The notes under the pieces: model-generated
What the model was told of the DNA's origin: nothing
The model's input: the letters and a program-made list of their open reading frames with translations, nothing else
The model's database searches: none
Shown here: positions 26,370-28,398 of the stretch, in pieces
Layout: each line of letters opens with the position of its first letter
Numbering within the stretch: the first letter of the stretch is position 1
IMG/VR virus record: IMGVR_UViG_3300027917_000148
Location: 1-28,398 of that record
Source: a virus
Taxonomy: Duplodnaviria; Caudoviricetes
Length of the DNA: 28,398 nt
Strand: one strand, 5' to 3'
Translations under genes and position numbers: made by a program

Positions 26370-26405
26370 TAGATTTCTAATAGATTTCTAATAGACGCTA
26401 ATAGA
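26363..26405 (+). repeat. Tandem 11-bp repeat TTTCTAATAGA x3 plus a partial fourth copy (CGCTAATAGA)
   Basis: Read directly; the first copy contains the polymerase stop codon. Confidence 0.9.
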
Positions 26406-26453
26406 AGGTGACGCAAATTGTTGTCAAAGTGACAATTTTTGTCACCTTTTTTT
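26405..26453 (+). terminator. Nested inverted repeat with T-run: probable intrinsic terminator and/or activator-binding palindromes
   Basis: AAGGTGAC...GTCACCTT followed by Ts. Inner palindromes are TTGTCA-AAG-TGACAA and GTGACA-N5-TGTCAC. Confidence 0.6.
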
Positions 26454-26467
26454 ATGGTATATCTCCG

Positions 26468-26480
26468 TAAGTATCTGATT
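26468..26480 (-). promoter_or_regulatory. IHF-binding site
   Basis: The minus strand reads AATCAGATACTTA, matching WATCARNNNNTTR. It lies between the palindromes and the sigma54 box. Confidence 0.6.
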
Positions 26481-26498
26481 TTATTACAAGTGGGTGTT

Positions 26499-26514
26499 TG
26501 GCACGAAACTTGCT
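26499..26514 (+). promoter_or_regulatory. Sigma54 (RpoN) -24/-12 promoter
   Basis: TGGCACGAAACTTGCT matches TGGCACG-N4-TTGCW exactly, with GG-N10-GC spacing. Confidence 0.8.
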
Positions 26515-26556
26515 TATATAATAGATTAGAATAAATAAATTAATTCTAAAAAAAGC

Positions 26557-26585
26557 TTGACAATGTACCTTATATAAGATAGAAT
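26557..26585 (+). promoter_or_regulatory. Strong sigma70 promoter TTGACA-N17-TAGAAT with A-rich UP element
   Basis: Consensus -35, 17 bp spacer and near-consensus -10. Confidence 0.8.
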
Positions 26586-26643
26586 GAAATTAGAAACGAT
26601 GGAAAAAAACCAAAACCACAAACCATTAAATAGGAGAAAAAAA

Positions 26644-27495
26644 ATGAGTAACAAAGTCTACGAAATTGTAACTCAGAGAATCCTTGAAAGTCTTGAAAAT
26701 GGTGAGATTCCCTGGCATAAACCTTGGAAAGCCGCATGGAATGTACGTATGCCGCATAACCTTGTTTCAAAAAAAGCCTACAGAGGAATCAACGTGTTCT
26801 TGCTGGCTTTCGCTCCGTTTGATTCACCTTACTGGTTGACCTTCAACCAATGCCGTAAGCTTGGTGGCAAAGTCAAGAAGGGTGAAAAATCCAGACTGGT
26901 TGTTTTCTGGAAAGTCTATGATAAAGAGGTAGAGACAGATGACGGTAGCGAAATGCAGAAACGCTTTGTGCTCCGCTACTACAATGTCTTCAATACGGAG
27001 CAATGTGAAGACTTGGATCTTAGCAAGGTTCAAAACGATACTGACCAGATTGACTTCAATCCGATTGAGGAATGTGAAGAGATCGTAAACAACATGCCTA
27101 ATCTACCGACCATCAGGCATCAGGGATCTTCCGCTTATTATCGGAGAAGTGAAGATTTGGTTAACATGCCGCCTAAAAATTCTTTCGATTCAGAAGAGAA
27201 TTACTACAATACCAAGTTTCACGAATTGGCTCATTCTACGCAACATGAAAGCCGCTTGAATCGTCCAGATGAAGAGGATCATGCTTACAGCAAGGAAGAG
27301 CTTGTAGCCGAAATGACAGCCGCTATGCTTTGTGGAATGGCAGGAATCGAAACTAAAGTAATTGATAACTCTGCCGCTTACATTCAGCATTGGAGCAAGG
27401 CTTTCAAAGACAATGTAAAGCTGGTTGTGGAAGCCGCTCAAAAAGCGCAAAAAGCCGCTGACTACATTCTTAACAAAAACGAAAACAATAGCTAG
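26644..27495 (+). CDS. ardC: ArdC-like ssDNA-binding/antirestriction protein (DUF1738 plus zincin-like domain)
   Basis: LENGEIPWHKPW, YRGIN, WLTFNQ...GGKVKKGEK, YNVFN.EQ, HELAH and YSKEELVAE motifs. TAGGAG SD before ATG 26644. Confidence 0.9.
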   Translation: MSNKVYEIVTQRILESLENGEIPWHKPWKAAWNVRMPHNLVSKKAYRGINVFLLAFAPFDSPYWLTFNQCRKLGGKVKKGEKSRLVVFWKVYDKEVETDDGSEMQKRFVLRYYNVFNTEQCEDLDLSKVQNDTDQIDFNPIEECEEIVNNMPNLPTIRHQGSSAYYRRSEDLVNMPPKNSFDSEENYYNTKFHELAHSTQHESRLNRPDEEDHAYSKEELVAEMTAAMLCGMAGIETKVIDNSAAYIQHWSKAFKDNVKLVVEAAQKAQKAADYILNKNENNS

Positions 27496-27564
27496 AGGAT
27501 GGGGAACAAGAAATCCATTTGGGAGAGATTCAGGGAACAAGAAATCTGAATCTCTCCCCCTCTA
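27493..27564 (+). ncRNA. Structured intergenic element: three-way junction with two identical loops
   Basis: Outer stem TAGAGG/CCTCTA. Hairpins ATGG/CCAT and GGGAGAGATTCAG/CTGAATCTCTCCC both carry the loop GGAACAAGAAAT. Confidence 0.6.
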
Positions 27565-27578
27565 CGAAAGGAAATAAA

Positions 27579-28025
27579 ATGAATTGCAAACATGAACATA
27601 AAAAAGACTTCTCCTGCTACTCATTCGGTGAACAGAAAAGAATTGAGCATGAATATTGTCCAGATTGCAAAGGACATTTTTTCAAGGGTGTCTTCTGGTC
27701 AAAAGAAGAGTGGGAGAAATGGATTAACGATGATCCTACCTTCGATACTGGAAGTCAAGACAAGGGATTCAATAACGTCAAGACTTTAGGAGAAGCCAAA
27801 GAGATCTTCGCTAAACACACCGCTCCGTATGTAGACATTGTACAGAATCGTTTCACCAAACAACGGAGATGGGGCCAGGAAGGTTATGACTTGGGTGTTC
27901 ATCAATACTTCATTGACAAGGACGGAGATGAGCTTGGCTACTACACTCCGATAATGCAGACCGTAATGATCTTTGCTGTTCCAAGGAAAGTAGGAATTAA
28001 GCAGGATCTAATCTCTATAGGATAG
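27579..28025 (+). CDS. Hypothetical protein with an N-terminal Zn-ribbon-like motif (CKH...CPDCKG)
   Basis: AAGGA SD before ATG 27579. The TTG start at 27519 lies inside the structured element. Confidence 0.7.
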   Translation: MNCKHEHKKDFSCYSFGEQKRIEHEYCPDCKGHFFKGVFWSKEEWEKWINDDPTFDTGSQDKGFNNVKTLGEAKEIFAKHTAPYVDIVQNRFTKQRRWGQEGYDLGVHQYFIDKDGDELGYYTPIMQTVMIFAVPRKVGIKQDLISIG

Positions 28026-28037
28026 AAAGGATAAAAA

Positions 28038-28398
28038 ATGAAAAAGCTAATAATAATTATATCAATTTTACTTTCATATGGATGCATGACAAAAGAATCA
28101 ATTAAAAGTGGAATAACCACAAACCATGATCCGTATATTAAATCTACTTGTATTACTGCTCCATCTATACCAGTTTCTCAAGCATTACAGGGGTATGAAG
28201 AAGTAAAGAAGATGTCAATAAAAGATCGCTTTGTCAAGGGCTGGAGTGCATCACACTCTCACACTTTGAGATTAGCTTATTTTACTAACTTTAAAAAATA
28301 TTCTTTATGGATTCATTTTTCAGATAAGAATTGGAAATTTTTTGATTCCGCTTATGATATTCATGGAAATAAGTTGGAATTGAGAGGAATAGATAGGG
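28038..28398 (+). CDS. Putative lipoprotein, truncated at the window end
   Basis: MKKLIIIISILLSYGC gives a basic N-terminus, a hydrophobic core and a lipobox-like Cys. The frame is open to the end of the window; AAGGA SD. Confidence 0.7.
   Translation, partial: MKKLIIIISILLSYGCMTKESIKSGITTNHDPYIKSTCITAPSIPVSQALQGYEEVKKMSIKDRFVKGWSASHSHTLRLAYFTNFKKYSLWIHFSDKNWKFFDSAYDIHGNKLELRGIDR

Noticed and set aside
1-28398. Genome-wide stop-codon reassignment (UGA=Trp/Gly or UAG=Gln)
   Set aside because: Long genes are intact in code 11, Trp is TGG, and TGA terminates several genes in ATGA/GTGA overlaps. Only two context-specific UGAs look recoded.
1-28398. tRNA (including tRNA-Sec) or rRNA genes
   Set aside because: Intergenic gaps are short and no cloverleaf with a T-loop GTTC motif was found by eye. 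The 27493-27564 structure has only two arms and lacks tRNA consensus.

Overview
An AT-rich segment of a large T4-like (myovirus-type) bacteriophage genome in standard genetic code 11. The left part (1-14.7 kb) is a late/virion module driven by T4-type TATAAATA late promoters. It holds two paralogous GT-A-like glycosyltransferases, a papain-family protease, a DUF1353 protein and putative virion proteins, one of which is 2227 aa with a ~940-residue nearly pure poly-serine tract. The middle (14.7-17.8 kb) is a tightly coupled cluster of small proteins with shared N-terminal motifs resembling capsid-targeting signals. Two of these genes appear to be interrupted by an in-frame UGA, each followed by a similar, co-varying SECIS-like hairpin, making them candidate phage selenoproteins (the top finding). 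The right part encodes a metallophosphoesterase, UvsW, UvsY, a gp41-like helicase, a family-4 UDG, a small protein carrying capsid (Gol-like) and terminase-like motifs, and a family B DNA polymerase. An early region follows, with a complete sigma54 promoter architecture (palindromic UAS, IHF site, -24/-12), a sigma70 promoter, an ArdC-like protein and a three-way-junction structure with twin identical loops. All product calls come from manual motif recognition; no database searches were run.
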